Positions 1-10,024 of a DNA stretch of 64,000 nucleotides are shown in pieces. Every line of letters starts with the position of its first letter. Position 1 is the first letter of the stretch. The stretch lies in the NCBI GenBank assembly GCA_963559385.1, contig CAUWKK010000003.1:29958-93957 (forward strand), written 5' to 3'. The notes under the pieces were generated by a model. That model ran no database searches. It was not told the DNA's origin and saw only the letters and a list, made by a program, of their open reading frames with translations. This stretch comes from an uncultured Schaedlerella sp. Lineage in GTDB: Bacteria; Bacillota; Clostridia; Lachnospirales; Lachnospiraceae. The position numbers and the translations under genes were made by a program.

Positions 1-3000
1 CGGATGAATGTGCGGTCGATGCGGAATTTCTTGCCGGAAGTGGCTATAAGATCGGGGATGAGATTCAGATTTCATCGGGAAATGAAGATGCGATTACCGA
101 GACGTTGACAACAGATACATTTACGATTGTAGGTGCGGTTAGCAGTCCGTGTTATATTTCTTTTGGCAGAGGAAGCACCAATATCGGAACCGGAAGCATT
201 TCAGGATTTATTGCCGTACCGGAGGAAAGCTTTAAGCTGGATGTGTATACGGAGTTGTATGCCGTTGTAGACGGAGCAAAAGAGCTTACGGCATTTACAG
301 ATGCGTATGAGTCTCGGATTGAAGAGACGATCAATCAGGTAGACACTATTAAATCGGAACGGCAAAAGGCGCGGAAACAGGAAGTTGTGGATGCGGCAGA
401 AGCGGAGCTTGTGAAAGGGCAGAATGAATTGGCAGATGCCAAAAAGGAAGCCGAAGAGGAGCTTGCTGATGCGAAGACACAGTTGGATACAGGTTGGAAG
501 CAATTGAATGACGGCAAGACAGCGCTTCAGGCGTCAATCGCAGAAATGGAGATGGCGCGGACGAATCTGATTTCAGGAGAAGAAACGCTGAATGCCAACA
601 GAAAGACACTGGAAGAAAGTCAGACAGAACTGGACGGAAAAAGGGCAGAGCTTACATATCAGCAGAAAGAATTGAAAAAGCAGCAAAAGCTTCTCGATGA
701 GCAGAAAGCGCCGCTTCAAGAGAAGCAGTCACAGATCGATACGCAGAGAGAAGAATTAAATCGGCAGCAAGAGCAGTTGGATCAGACGAAAAGTATGATT
801 GAGCAATTGCAGGCGGAAAATGAAACGCTTTCTGCAACGGTTGAGGGGATGAAGGGAACAGTCGACAGTCTGCAAACAGAAGTAACGGTTCTACAAGAAG
901 AATTAAGCGGACTGGATCCGAGTTTGCCGGAGAATGCAGACAGGATCTCGGAACTTCAGGCACGGATTTCTGAAAAGGAAAAGGAACTGGAAAATGTACA
1001 GACACAGCTGCAGTCTACGGAGACAAAGTTAGCGGAAAATACAGGAATCATTTCGCAGACTCAGCCGACGCTGGAGCCGTTGCAGCAGCAGCTTACAACA
1101 GGATTTGCAGCTCTGACGGAAGCCCAGAAAGAATTGGATGGGTATTGGACTCCTGTAAATGAAGCACAGGGGAAATTAGACGGATATCAGGCGCAGATGA
1201 CAGCAGGGCAACAGCAGATCAATGCAGGGCAGGGGCAGTTGGATGCGGCGAAGGCTCAGTTAGATACGGCACAGACGGAAATTGCAGAAGGCTGGTCTCA
1301 GATAGAAGAGGGAGAAAACCAGATTTCGCAGGCGCAGGCAGAAATTACGGCAAATGAACAGAAATTACAGGACGCACAGGCAGAATATGGTAAGGGAAAG
1401 AAAGAGGCGGATGAAAAGATTGCGGATGCTGCGGCAGATTTAAAGGAAGCAGAGGATGAAATCGGGAAAATCGAGAATGCAAAATGGTATATTTATGACA
1501 GGACACATTTGAATGATCATTCCGGGTATGGCGAGAATGCAGATCGTATGCGGGCAATCGGAAAAGTATTTCCGGTATTGTTCTTCCTTGTGGCTGCATT
1601 GATCAGTTTAACGACGATGACTCGTATGGTGGAAGAGCAGAGGACGCAGATCGGCACAATGAAAGCGCTTGGATACGGCAGGTTTTCAATTGCGGGAAAA
1701 TATCTCGGATATGCCTTTCTGGCAACAGTGTTGGGATGTGTTCTCGGAATCTTGTTTGGGGAAAAAGTATTTCCGTATATCATCATTTATGCATATGGAA
1801 TCATGTATCAGCATATGAACACTTTTGTGATTCCGTATAATATAGAGTATGCCTTGTTGGCATCACTGGCAGCCTTGATCTGTACGCTGCTGGCAACCGT
1901 TTTTGCATGTTACAAGGAACTGCGGGAGCAGGCTGCGGAATTGATGCGCCCGCCCACACCGAAACAAGGGAAAAGAGTATTGTTGGAACGGGCACATTTT
2001 GTCTGGAGTAGATTGAGCTTTACATGGAAGTCGACAATCCGAAATCTGGTACGTTATAAAAAGCGTTTCTTTATGACTGTTTTCGGAATCGGTGGATGTA
2101 TGGCATTGCTTTTGGTCGGCTTTGGACTGAAGGATTCTATTTTTGACATTGGGATTTTACAGTATCACGAATTACAGTTGTATGACGGAAATGTGATACT
2201 GAATACAGATGCTTCTGAGAAAGAGCAGGCAGAAGCAATCGAGACGCTTCGTTTCGATTCCCGTGTAGAAAAGACAGCAGTCAATTTCTTGAAACAGGTT
2301 GAGATCAGTAACGGAGATGTGTGGAAAGACGTTTATTTGAATGTAGCCGAGGATACAAAAGCATTTTCTGATTTTGTGGTATTCCGTAATCGAATGACAA
2401 AGGAAAAGTATTCTTTGGAGGACGGAGTGATCCTGACAGAGAAAATGGCGAAAGAACTGGAAGTAGAGGCCGGAGACACGATTTATGTCAGAGATGATGT
2501 AAACGGAGAGATTCCGTATACGATTACCGCTGTCTGTGAAAATTATCTGGAGCATTATCTTTATATGACTGCGGATATGTATGAACAGGGCTATGGGGAG
2601 CTGCCGGAGTACAATTCTGTTTATTATAGAGTAGGAGTACAAAGCAAGGATCAGATTAAGGATGTCGGGGAAGAGGTATTGAAGGAAAAGGGCGCTTTGA
2701 GTGTTTCTTATACAAGCGGTTTTGAAGCGCAGCTGGAGGACATGCTCGGAAGTCTGAATATTGTAATTGTGGTTCTGGTGATTTCAGCGGGAATGCTTGC
2801 ATTTGTCGTACTTTATAATTTGAATAACATCAATATTACAGAAAGAAAACGAGAACTGGCAACATTGAAAGTGCTTGGGTTTTATCCTATGGAGGTTGCC
2901 GAATATGTATACCGGGAAAATATTATTCTGACATTTCTGGGTGGTATTGCGGGAATTCTGCTCGGAAAGCTGTTGCACCGGTTTATCATCGTAACCGTTG

Positions 3001-3155
3001 AAATCGAGTCTACGATGTTTGGAAGAAATATTGATATCAGCAGCTTTGTGTATGGGTTTATGATCACCTTCGGATTTTCTGTTTTGGTAAATGCGGTGAT
3101 GTATTTTAAGCTGAAGAGAATCGACATGGTAGAGTCATTAAAAAGTGTAGAATAG
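1..3155 (+). CDS. ABC transporter permease, FtsX/MacB type, with two FtsX modules and a very long coiled-coil extracytoplasmic region (5' end lies outside the window)
   Basis: The reading frame is open from nt 3 with no stop before the listed Met at 105, so the gene is cut by the window edge. About 400 aa are Q/E/A/K/L-rich and coiled-coil-like. Two FtsX-type modules follow (MKALGYGRF..., LKVLGFYPMEV...), each followed by TM helices. Confidence 0.85.
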   Translation, partial: DECAVDAEFLAGSGYKIGDEIQISSGNEDAITETLTTDTFTIVGAVSSPCYISFGRGSTNIGTGSISGFIAVPEESFKLDVYTELYAVVDGAKELTAFTDAYESRIEETINQVDTIKSERQKARKQEVVDAAEAELVKGQNELADAKKEAEEELADAKTQLDTGWKQLNDGKTALQASIAEMEMARTNLISGEETLNANRKTLEESQTELDGKRAELTYQQKELKKQQKLLDEQKAPLQEKQSQIDTQREELNRQQEQLDQTKSMIEQLQAENETLSATVEGMKGTVDSLQTEVTVLQEELSGLDPSLPENADRISELQARISEKEKELENVQTQLQSTETKLAENTGIISQTQPTLEPLQQQLTTGFAALTEAQKELDGYWTPVNEAQGKLDGYQAQMTAGQQQINAGQGQLDAAKAQLDTAQTEIAEGWSQIEEGENQISQAQAEITANEQKLQDAQAEYGKGKKEADEKIADAAADLKEAEDEIGKIENAKWYIYDRTHLNDHSGYGENADRMRAIGKVFPVLFFLVAALISLTTMTRMVEEQRTQIGTMKALGYGRFSIAGKYLGYAFLATVLGCVLGILFGEKVFPYIIIYAYGIMYQHMNTFVIPYNIEYALLASLAALICTLLATVFACYKELREQAAELMRPPTPKQGKRVLLERAHFVWSRLSFTWKSTIRNLVRYKKRFFMTVFGIGGCMALLLVGFGLKDSIFDIGILQYHELQLYDGNVILNTDASEKEQAEAIETLRFDSRVEKTAVNFLKQVEISNGDVWKDVYLNVAEDTKAFSDFVVFRNRMTKEKYSLEDGVILTEKMAKELEVEAGDTIYVRDDVNGEIPYTITAVCENYLEHYLYMTADMYEQGYGELPEYNSVYYRVGVQSKDQIKDVGEEVLKEKGALSVSYTSGFEAQLEDMLGSLNIVIVVLVISAGMLAFVVLYNLNNINITERKRELATLKVLGFYPMEVAEYVYRENIILTFLGGIAGILLGKLLHRFIIVTVEIESTMFGRNIDISSFVYGFMITFGFSVLVNAVMYFKLKRIDMVESLKSVE

Positions 3156-3191
3156 AGCGGCGTATAGAGAAATCGAAAAGGAGACGGACAA

Positions 3192-3872
3192 ATGGAGAAA
3201 ATAAAAATTCTTGTTGTAGATGATGAAAGCAGGATGCGTAAGCTTGTAAAGGATTTCCTTGTACGAGAGGGATATGTAGTTCTGGAAGCAGGCGACGGCA
3301 TGGAGGCTATGGATCTTTTTTATGAAGAAAAAGACATTGCATTGGTCATTTTAGATGTGATGATGCCGAAAATGGATGGATGGCAGGTATGCAGGGAGAT
3401 TCGGGAGCATTCTAAGATCCCTGTGATCATGCTTACGGCGAGGTCGGAGGAGCGGGATGAACTGCAAGGCTTTGAGTTGGGAGTAGATGAATATATTTCA
3501 AAACCGTTCAGTCCGAAGATCTTGATGGCAAGGGTGCAGGCAATCCTGCGTAGGACTATGGGAACCGATAAGAACGAGATTTTCGGGGCAGGGGGGATTG
3601 AGATCGATAAGGCCGCTCATCAAGTGACAATTGAGGGAAAGGCGGTGGAGTTAAGCTATAAAGAATTTGAACTGTTATCGTATTTTGTGGAAAACCAGGG
3701 AATTGCGCTGTCTCGTGAAAAGATACTGAACAACGTTTGGAATTATGATTATTTCGGAGATGCCAGAACAATTGATACCCATGTGAAAAAGCTGCGAAGT
3801 AAGTTGGGAGAAAAAGGGGATTATATTAAGACCATTTGGGGAATGGGATATAAGTTTGAGGTAGAGGAATGA
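3192..3872 (+). CDS. OmpR/PhoB-family response regulator
   Basis: Receiver motifs (ILVVDDE, ILDVMMPKMDG, KPF) plus a C-terminal winged-helix domain (TIWGMGYKF). GGAG RBS upstream. Confidence 0.93.
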   Translation: MEKIKILVVDDESRMRKLVKDFLVREGYVVLEAGDGMEAMDLFYEEKDIALVILDVMMPKMDGWQVCREIREHSKIPVIMLTARSEERDELQGFELGVDEYISKPFSPKILMARVQAILRRTMGTDKNEIFGAGGIEIDKAAHQVTIEGKAVELSYKEFELLSYFVENQGIALSREKILNNVWNYDYFGDARTIDTHVKKLRSKLGEKGDYIKTIWGMGYKFEVEE

Positions 3873-5350
3873 AACGGATAGAGAAGTCGATCAAGAAACA
3901 AATGGTCGCAGTTTTTCTGGGACTGATCGTGCTGATCCTGGGACTGATATTCGTAGTCAACAACAATTTTCTGGAACGCTATTATATATCCAGAAAGACG
4001 ATGGAAATGCAGGAAATGTATGAACTGATCGATCGGACAATGAAGGACGGTTCTTTTAATGAGGAAAATGTACAAAGCTCTGTATGGAGAACGATTCAGA
4101 GGAATAATATTTTAGTATTGGTAATGAACGAACGGCATGAGATTGAATTCGGAACAGTAGAAGAACAGTACGGGGCGATGTATCTGCAGCTCATGGGATA
4201 CATTTTTGAAAAGAATATAGGAGATCCGCTTGTGACAACAGAGCGATATAATATTTATATGGCAGAGCGGCCGGATAACAGCGGCGGTTATCTGGAAATG
4301 TACGGTGTGATCGCAGACGGATGCGTTTTTCTGATGCAAAGTCCAATGGCGAGCATTCAGGACAGTGCCGGAATTGCGAATCGGTTTCTTGTGTATGTGG
4401 GATGCACAGCGCTGGTTCTCGGGGCGTTGTTTGTATGGATTTTCTCGAAACGGATCGCGGATCCGATCTTAGAACTTGCGGAATTATCCCAGCGTATGGC
4501 AAATCTGGATTTTGACGCCCGCTACACAAGCGGAGGAAGCAATGAGATCGGAATTTTGGGCGAGAATTTTAACAGTATGTCGAAGAAACTGGAAGAGACG
4601 ATTTCAGAATTGAAGAGCGCCAACAATCAATTACAGAAAGATATTGAGCAAAAAGAAAAGATTGAAACGATGCGGACGGAATTTTTGGGGAATGTATCCC
4701 ATGAATTGAAGACGCCGATCGCGCTTATACAGGGATATGCAGAGGGACTTAAGGAGGGGGTCAACGATGATCCGGAAAGCAGGGAGTTTTATTGCGATGT
4801 GATCATGGATGAGGCGGACAAAATGAATCAAATGGTGAAAAATCTGCTTATTTTGAATCAGTTGGAATTCGGCTCGGAAGAACTGGAGGTGAAACGATTT
4901 GATATCGTGCGCCTGATCCGAGGTGTATTGATAAGCTGTGAGATTCTGATTCAGCAGGCAGAGGTAACGGTTGATTTTATAGCTGATGAGGAAGTTTGTG
5001 TATGGGCAGACGAATTCAAGACGGAACAGGTAATCCGAAATTATCTGACCAATGCGATCCATCATGCAGATTTTGAAAAGCGAATTGAAATCCGGGTGAT
5101 ACCGGGAGAGAAATCTGTGCGTATCACTGTATTTAACAGTGGAAAACCGATTCCGGAGGAAGATCTTTCCAAGCTTTGGGACAAGTTTTATAAAGTGGAC
5201 AAAGCGCATACGAGGGCATATGGCGGAAATGGGATCGGGTTGTCAATCGTAAAAGCGATCATGGAGTCTTTTCATCAGGCGTATGGGGTAAGGAACTTTG
5301 ACAATGGAGTAGAATTTTGGTTTGAATTAGATGCAAAGAGTCTGAAATAA
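3869..5350 (+). CDS. Sensor histidine kinase (two TM helices, HAMP, HisKA, HATPase_c)
   Basis: H-box FLGNVSHELKTPIA and G-box GGNGIGLSIVKAI. ATGA start/stop overlap with the response regulator gene. Confidence 0.92.
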   Translation: MKRIEKSIKKQMVAVFLGLIVLILGLIFVVNNNFLERYYISRKTMEMQEMYELIDRTMKDGSFNEENVQSSVWRTIQRNNILVLVMNERHEIEFGTVEEQYGAMYLQLMGYIFEKNIGDPLVTTERYNIYMAERPDNSGGYLEMYGVIADGCVFLMQSPMASIQDSAGIANRFLVYVGCTALVLGALFVWIFSKRIADPILELAELSQRMANLDFDARYTSGGSNEIGILGENFNSMSKKLEETISELKSANNQLQKDIEQKEKIETMRTEFLGNVSHELKTPIALIQGYAEGLKEGVNDDPESREFYCDVIMDEADKMNQMVKNLLILNQLEFGSEELEVKRFDIVRLIRGVLISCEILIQQAEVTVDFIADEEVCVWADEFKTEQVIRNYLTNAIHHADFEKRIEIRVIPGEKSVRITVFNSGKPIPEEDLSKLWDKFYKVDKAHTRAYGGNGIGLSIVKAIMESFHQAYGVRNFDNGVEFWFELDAKSLK

Positions 5351-5368
5351 ACAAAGGAGGCGGGGAAA

Positions 5369-5980
5369 ATGATAGCGATTATTGACTATGATGCAGGCAA
5401 TATCAAAAGTGTGGAGAAAGCGATACGGTTTTTGGGACAGGATGCAAAGATCACAGATCAGCCGAAAGAGATTCTGGTGGCGGATCGGGTGATCCTTCCG
5501 GGAGTCGGTGCGTTCGGGGACGCCATGGCAAATCTGAAACGAAAAGGATTGGATGAGGTGATTCATCAAGTCGTGGAAGAGAAAACACCGTTTTTGGGAA
5601 TCTGTCTCGGATTACAGCTTTTGTTTGAGCGAAGTGATGAGAGTCCGGGAGTAGACGGATTGGGAATTCTTCAGGGAGAAATCCTGCGGATACCGGCGGC
5701 GGAGGGACTAAAGATTCCACATATCGGCTGGAATTCTTTGCATCTTGAACATGAAGGAAGGTTGTTTCGGGGAATCGAAGAGCAGGCATATGTTTACTTT
5801 GTGCATTCCTACTATTTGAGAGCAAGGGAAGCGGAATGTGTCAAGGCATCGACGGAATACGGAGTTCATATTCATGCATCTGTGGAAAAAGAAAACGTAT
5901 TTGCCTGTCAGTTTCATCCGGAGAAAAGCAGTGAGACAGGACTGCGCATTTTGAAAAACTTTGTAGAAATTCACAGATAA
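5369..5980 (+). CDS. hisH: Imidazole glycerol phosphate synthase, glutamine amidotransferase subunit
   Basis: [34 protein letters not shown] and FHPEKS motifs. Confidence 0.92.
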   Translation: MIAIIDYDAGNIKSVEKAIRFLGQDAKITDQPKEILVADRVILPGVGAFGDAMANLKRKGLDEVIHQVVEEKTPFLGICLGLQLLFERSDESPGVDGLGILQGEILRIPAAEGLKIPHIGWNSLHLEHEGRLFRGIEEQAYVYFVHSYYLRAREAECVKASTEYGVHIHASVEKENVFACQFHPEKSSETGLRILKNFVEIHR

Positions 5981-5993
5981 GGAGGGGCGGAAA

Positions 5994-6755
5994 ATGCATA
6001 CAAAACGAATTATCCCATGTTTGGATGTACATAACGGGCGGGTCGTAAAGGGGATTAATTTTGTAGACTTGAAAGATGCGGGAGATCCGGTGGAAATTGC
6101 AAAGGCTTATGACCGGGCAGGCGCAGATGAGCTTGTGTTTTTAGACATTACAGCTACATCAGATGAGAGGAATACAGTTGCAGATTTGGTGCGTAAGGTG
6201 GCAGAATCTGTATTTATTCCGTTTACAGTAGGAGGCGGAATCCGTACGGTGAATGATTTTAAGGTACTGCTTCGAGAGGGGGCGGATAAGATTTCTGTCA
6301 ATTCCGCGGCAATACAGAATCCGCAGTTGATCTGCGATGCGGCAGAAAAGTTTGGAAGCCAGTGTGTGGTTGTGGCGATCGATGTAAAGAAACGCGAGGA
6401 TGGGAGCGGTTGGAATGTTTACCGGAGCGGCGGACGGATCGACACCGGATTGGATGCGGTAGAGTGGGCAAGGGAAGCAGTGCGGCTGGGAGCAGGAGAA
6501 ATTCTTCTGACCAGTATGGACGGAGACGGAACGAAAGAAGGATATGATCTGGATATAACAAGAGCAGTTGCAGAGGCAGTGTCTATTCCGGTTATTGCTT
6601 CCGGAGGAGCGGGAACTTTGGAGGACTTTAAGGATGCCTTTACAATCGGAAAGGCGGACGGAGCACTGGCGGCATCTCTGTTCCATTATAAAGAACTGGA
6701 AATAAGGGAAGTGAAGGAATACTTAAAAGAAAATGGAATTTCGGTACGTTTGTAA
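5994..6755 (+). CDS. hisF: Imidazole glycerol phosphate synthase, cyclase subunit
   Basis: [28 protein letters not shown] and SGGAG motifs. Lies immediately downstream of hisH. Confidence 0.93.
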   Translation: MHTKRIIPCLDVHNGRVVKGINFVDLKDAGDPVEIAKAYDRAGADELVFLDITATSDERNTVADLVRKVAESVFIPFTVGGGIRTVNDFKVLLREGADKISVNSAAIQNPQLICDAAEKFGSQCVVVAIDVKKREDGSGWNVYRSGGRIDTGLDAVEWAREAVRLGAGEILLTSMDGDGTKEGYDLDITRAVAEAVSIPVIASGGAGTLEDFKDAFTIGKADGALAASLFHYKELEIREVKEYLKENGISVRL

Positions 6756-6782
6756 GCGATAAGAAATGGCACAAAGGAGGAT

Positions 6783-7457
6783 TTGAGTATGGCCGGAATT
6801 AACGGCGACTGGTATGAAGCACTGAAAGGCGAGTTTAGAAAGCCTTATTATAAGACATTATTTGATACAGTAAATCAAGAATACAAAACACAGCAGATTT
6901 TTCCGCCGGCAAATGATATTTTCAACGCGTTTCATCTGACTCCATTAAAAGAGGTAAAGGTTGTGATCCTGGGGCAGGATCCCTATCACAATTACGGACA
7001 GGCGCATGGGTTATGTTTTTCTGTACAGAAAGGAGTTCAGGTACCGCCGTCGTTGGTAAATATTTATCAAGAACTGCATGATGATCTGGGGTGCAGCATT
7101 CCGAATCACGGCTGCCTTACCAAGTGGGCGGAGCAGGGCGTGCTGATGTTAAATACCGTATTGACGGTACGTGCGCATCAGGCGAATTCTCATCGGGGAA
7201 TCGGTTGGGAAGAGTTTACTGATGCGGCAATCCAAGTGCTAAACGCACAGGATAGACCAATAGTGTTTATTCTGTGGGGGGCACCGGCTCAGAGAAAAGA
7301 AAAGATGCTGAATAATCCGCAACATTTGATACTGAAAGCTCCACATCCGAGTCCGCTTTCTGCTTATCGAGGATTTTTCGGAAGTAAGCCGTTTAGCCGG
7401 ACGAATTCGTTTTTAAAGGAGCACGGAGCAGAGCTGATTGACTGGCAGATTGATTGA
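6783..7457 (+). CDS. ung: Uracil-DNA glycosylase (family 1)
   Basis: GQDPYH water-activating loop, GLCFSV, and the HPSPLSA leucine-loop region. Confidence 0.93.
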   Translation: MSMAGINGDWYEALKGEFRKPYYKTLFDTVNQEYKTQQIFPPANDIFNAFHLTPLKEVKVVILGQDPYHNYGQAHGLCFSVQKGVQVPPSLVNIYQELHDDLGCSIPNHGCLTKWAEQGVLMLNTVLTVRAHQANSHRGIGWEEFTDAAIQVLNAQDRPIVFILWGAPAQRKEKMLNNPQHLILKAPHPSPLSAYRGFFGSKPFSRTNSFLKEHGAELIDWQID

Positions 7458-7479
7458 CAATTTTATAAAGGGAAATAAG

Positions 7480-7527
7480 AAGAACCGAGATGTGTCAGTG
7501 AAAAGCGTCAGCTCGGTTCTTATTATA
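7480..7527 (+). terminator. Stem-loop downstream of ung (10-bp perfect stem, weak T tract)
   Basis: AAGAACCGAG (7480-7489) pairs with CTCGGTTCTT (7512-7521), followed by ATTAT. Confidence 0.5.
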
Positions 7528-7569
7528 GGAAAAATTAAGAATATGTTAGGGGCAGGTCATAAAGGCATA

Positions 7570-7611
7570 AAACCACTTATGTACAAGTACAACGTGGTTT
7601 ATAACCTTTTT
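7570..7611 (+). terminator. Nested hairpin plus T tract, either a second terminator or a small structured RNA
   Basis: AAACCAC (7570-7576) pairs with GTGGTTT (7594-7600). It encloses TGTAC-AA-GTACA and is followed by ATAACCTTTTT. Confidence 0.45.
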
Positions 7612-7757
7612 CCCCTGGAATCTTAAGAATTTCTTAATTAAATTCTGAGGGAAAAATTTCATATTGTTTTGTATGATGAATAAGATAGTTCGGAGAATGA
7701 AGGAAAGACAAGAAGTTCTTTTCAGATGAGAGCTTAAGGAGGAAGGGAGCGTGTAGT

Positions 7758-8501
7758 GTGAAGACAGTCATCGAGGTAAAAGACCTTTATAAATTATATC
7801 GTGTGGGAGATTCTGCTGTACGTGCATTGAACGGAGTCAGTTTTAAAATCTATAAAGGCGAGTTTTGTGCGATCGTCGGAACATCGGGATCGGGAAAATC
7901 TACGCTTTTGAATATGCTTGCAGGCTTGGAAAAACCGACAAAAGGAGAGGTTGTGATCGGCGGGCAGCATATGGAGCAGTTGAATGAAAGCGGACTGGTT
8001 AAATTCAGAAGAGAGCATATAGGCTTTATTTTTCAGTCCTTTCATTTGATAGGAACGATGAATGCGTTGGAAAATGTAGCGCTTCCGCTGAGCTTTCGCG
8101 GAGAACCCAAGGCAAGCCGTTTGAAAAAGGCGGATAAAATGCTGAATCTGGTGAATTTGAAAAAGCATAAAAAACATTTTCCGAATCAAATGTCGGGAGG
8201 ACAGCAGCAAAGAGTCGGAGTGGCAAGGGCGCTTGTCGTAGAGCCGGAGATTATTTTTGCGGACGAACCTACCGGAAATTTGGATTCGCATACATCAGAA
8301 GAGGTAATGGAACTGATGCAAAAGGTGGTTAAAGAGCAAAACAGGACACTTGTAATGGTAACGCATGACAATCATCTGGCGACCTATGCGGACAGAGTGT
8401 TTCATATCATAGACGGACAAATTGTAAAGGTAGAGGAGCATCACAAACAAACGAAAGAAGATACAAGTGAAAGAAAGGAAAGAGAGGAATCAGACATATG
8501 A
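7758..8501 (+). CDS. ABC transporter ATP-binding protein (MacB/LolD-like)
   Basis: Walker A GTSGSGKST, signature MSGGQQQRV, Walker B IIFADEPTGNLD. GTG start after GGAGG. Confidence 0.93.
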   Translation: MKTVIEVKDLYKLYRVGDSAVRALNGVSFKIYKGEFCAIVGTSGSGKSTLLNMLAGLEKPTKGEVVIGGQHMEQLNESGLVKFRREHIGFIFQSFHLIGTMNALENVALPLSFRGEPKASRLKKADKMLNLVNLKKHKKHFPNQMSGGQQQRVGVARALVVEPEIIFADEPTGNLDSHTSEEVMELMQKVVKEQNRTLVMVTHDNHLATYADRVFHIIDGQIVKVEEHHKQTKEDTSERKEREESDI

Positions 8502-10024
8502 AACGGGGAAAAAGAATCATCAGTACAATGTTAGCGGTGGTATTGGCAGCAGTGCTGCTTCCGGTCTTACCTGCGGCGAAAGTAAGAGCGGAGGAGGGAA
8601 AAAGCCTGCCTCAAATCCGGCTGTCGGTGGGGAACGGACAAACGACGCCGCAATATAAGGCGGGAGAGAAGATCGCACTGAGTGTGAAAATTGAGAATCA
8701 GGGACAGGCGGCAGCGAAAAATGTACGGATCACCCCTGTGATCGACAACGAAAAGGAGTGGCCGTTTGAAATTCAAAATATGAATGAGGACAGGCTGCTG
8801 GAAACGATCGATCCGGGGGTATCTACAGAGGCTATCTGGGAGTGGAAAGTCAGAGAGGATGTGGAGACAAAGGCATATAAGACGGTATTTCACATCTCCT
8901 ACAGTGATGAAACAAATGAATATCAGGAAGAAAAAGTGATCTATATCAAGACGACAGAAGCAGAAAAAGAAGAGCCGGGAAATGGAGAAGAACAGCAGGG
9001 CGGAGAAAATATTCCGCAGGAAGAGCAGGCACCGCCGACAGATGTGGGCACAAGTATGGGAGGCGGAGAAATTTATAACAGCGATCCGGTTGCAACAGGC
9101 GGCGGTTCAACGAATCCGTCTGTTCCGAGAGTAATCGTAACAGGATTTCGTACAGATCCGCAGGTTGTAAATGCCGGAAGTAATTTCCGACTGACGGTAC
9201 AAATAAAAAATACATCTGCATCAACGGCAGTATCGAATATGCTGTTTGACTTGCAGGCGCCGTCTGCGGGTACAGAGGCTGCGGCAGAAGCACCGGCCTT
9301 TCTTCCGGCATCGGGATCTAGTTCTATTTATCTGGACAGCATTCCGGCAGGAGAAATCCGGGAAATTTCCATTGATCTAAATGCAAGGGCGGATCTGGTG
9401 CAGAAGCCTTACAGTATTTCGATGAGTATGAAATATGAAAACAGCAATGCGGAACAGTTTGAGGGAAGTTCCAGCCTTGCAATTCCGGTACAGCAGGCGG
9501 CAAGATTTGAATTCAGTGAGATTGAGATCGCACCGGAAAGTATTCAGGTGGGTGAAGAAGCGAATCTCACATGCAGTCTGTATAATACAGGAAGAACGAA
9601 GCTTTATAATGTGAAAGTGAAATTTGCAGGCGACGGAATCAGCGCAAAGGATGTGTTTGTCGGAAATGTAGAATCCGGGGCAACAGGAACGATTGACGGA
9701 ATGCTCACAGGAGAAAGCGAGATTCCCGCAGGGACAAAGTGTAAAATGATTGTCAGTTATGAGGATGAAGCAGGAAAGGTTTCGACCAAGGAAGAAGAGT
9801 TTGAGTTAGAGGTTCTTCCCGCAGTTACAGAAGATGTGGAAATGATGACAGAAGCTCCGGTAGAGGAAAAGGGATTTCCGATTCTTCCGGTTGTGGTCGG
9901 AGTTATCGTAGTTGCAGCCGTTGTGGTTACGGTTATTTTGATCCGAAGAAAGAAGAAAAAACAGGCATGGGAAGAAGAGGAGGATTTGGTGGATGAAGTG
10001 GATCGATTTACTGAGGATGAGTAG
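8498..10024 (+). CDS. Secreted, C-terminally anchored surface protein with three CARDB/COG1361-like beta-sandwich repeats
   Basis: Signal peptide (MKRGKRIISTMLAVVLAAVLL..AKVRA). Repeated N-x-G..A.NV motifs (IENQGQAAAKNVRI, IKNTSASTAVSNMLF, LYNTGRTKLYNVKV). C-terminal TM helix followed by RRKKKK and an acidic tail. Confidence 0.7.
   Translation: MKRGKRIISTMLAVVLAAVLLPVLPAAKVRAEEGKSLPQIRLSVGNGQTTPQYKAGEKIALSVKIENQGQAAAKNVRITPVIDNEKEWPFEIQNMNEDRLLETIDPGVSTEAIWEWKVREDVETKAYKTVFHISYSDETNEYQEEKVIYIKTTEAEKEEPGNGEEQQGGENIPQEEQAPPTDVGTSMGGGEIYNSDPVATGGGSTNPSVPRVIVTGFRTDPQVVNAGSNFRLTVQIKNTSASTAVSNMLFDLQAPSAGTEAAAEAPAFLPASGSSSIYLDSIPAGEIREISIDLNARADLVQKPYSISMSMKYENSNAEQFEGSSSLAIPVQQAARFEFSEIEIAPESIQVGEEANLTCSLYNTGRTKLYNVKVKFAGDGISAKDVFVGNVESGATGTIDGMLTGESEIPAGTKCKMIVSYEDEAGKVSTKEEEFELEVLPAVTEDVEMMTEAPVEEKGFPILPVVVGVIVVAAVVVTVILIRRKKKKQAWEEEEDLVDEVDRFTEDE

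Noticed and set aside
5369-6755. hisH-hisF standing alone without other his genes, possibly a non-histidine paralog pair (WbuY/WbuZ-like).
   Set aside because: Both proteins carry the full canonical HisH/HisF motifs, and scattered his genes are common in Clostridia. There is no sugar-nucleotide context nearby.
7438-7626. A 62-aa ORF in the ung / ABC-transporter intergenic region.
   Set aside because: It overlaps the ung stop and spans two terminator-like hairpins, and it has no RBS.
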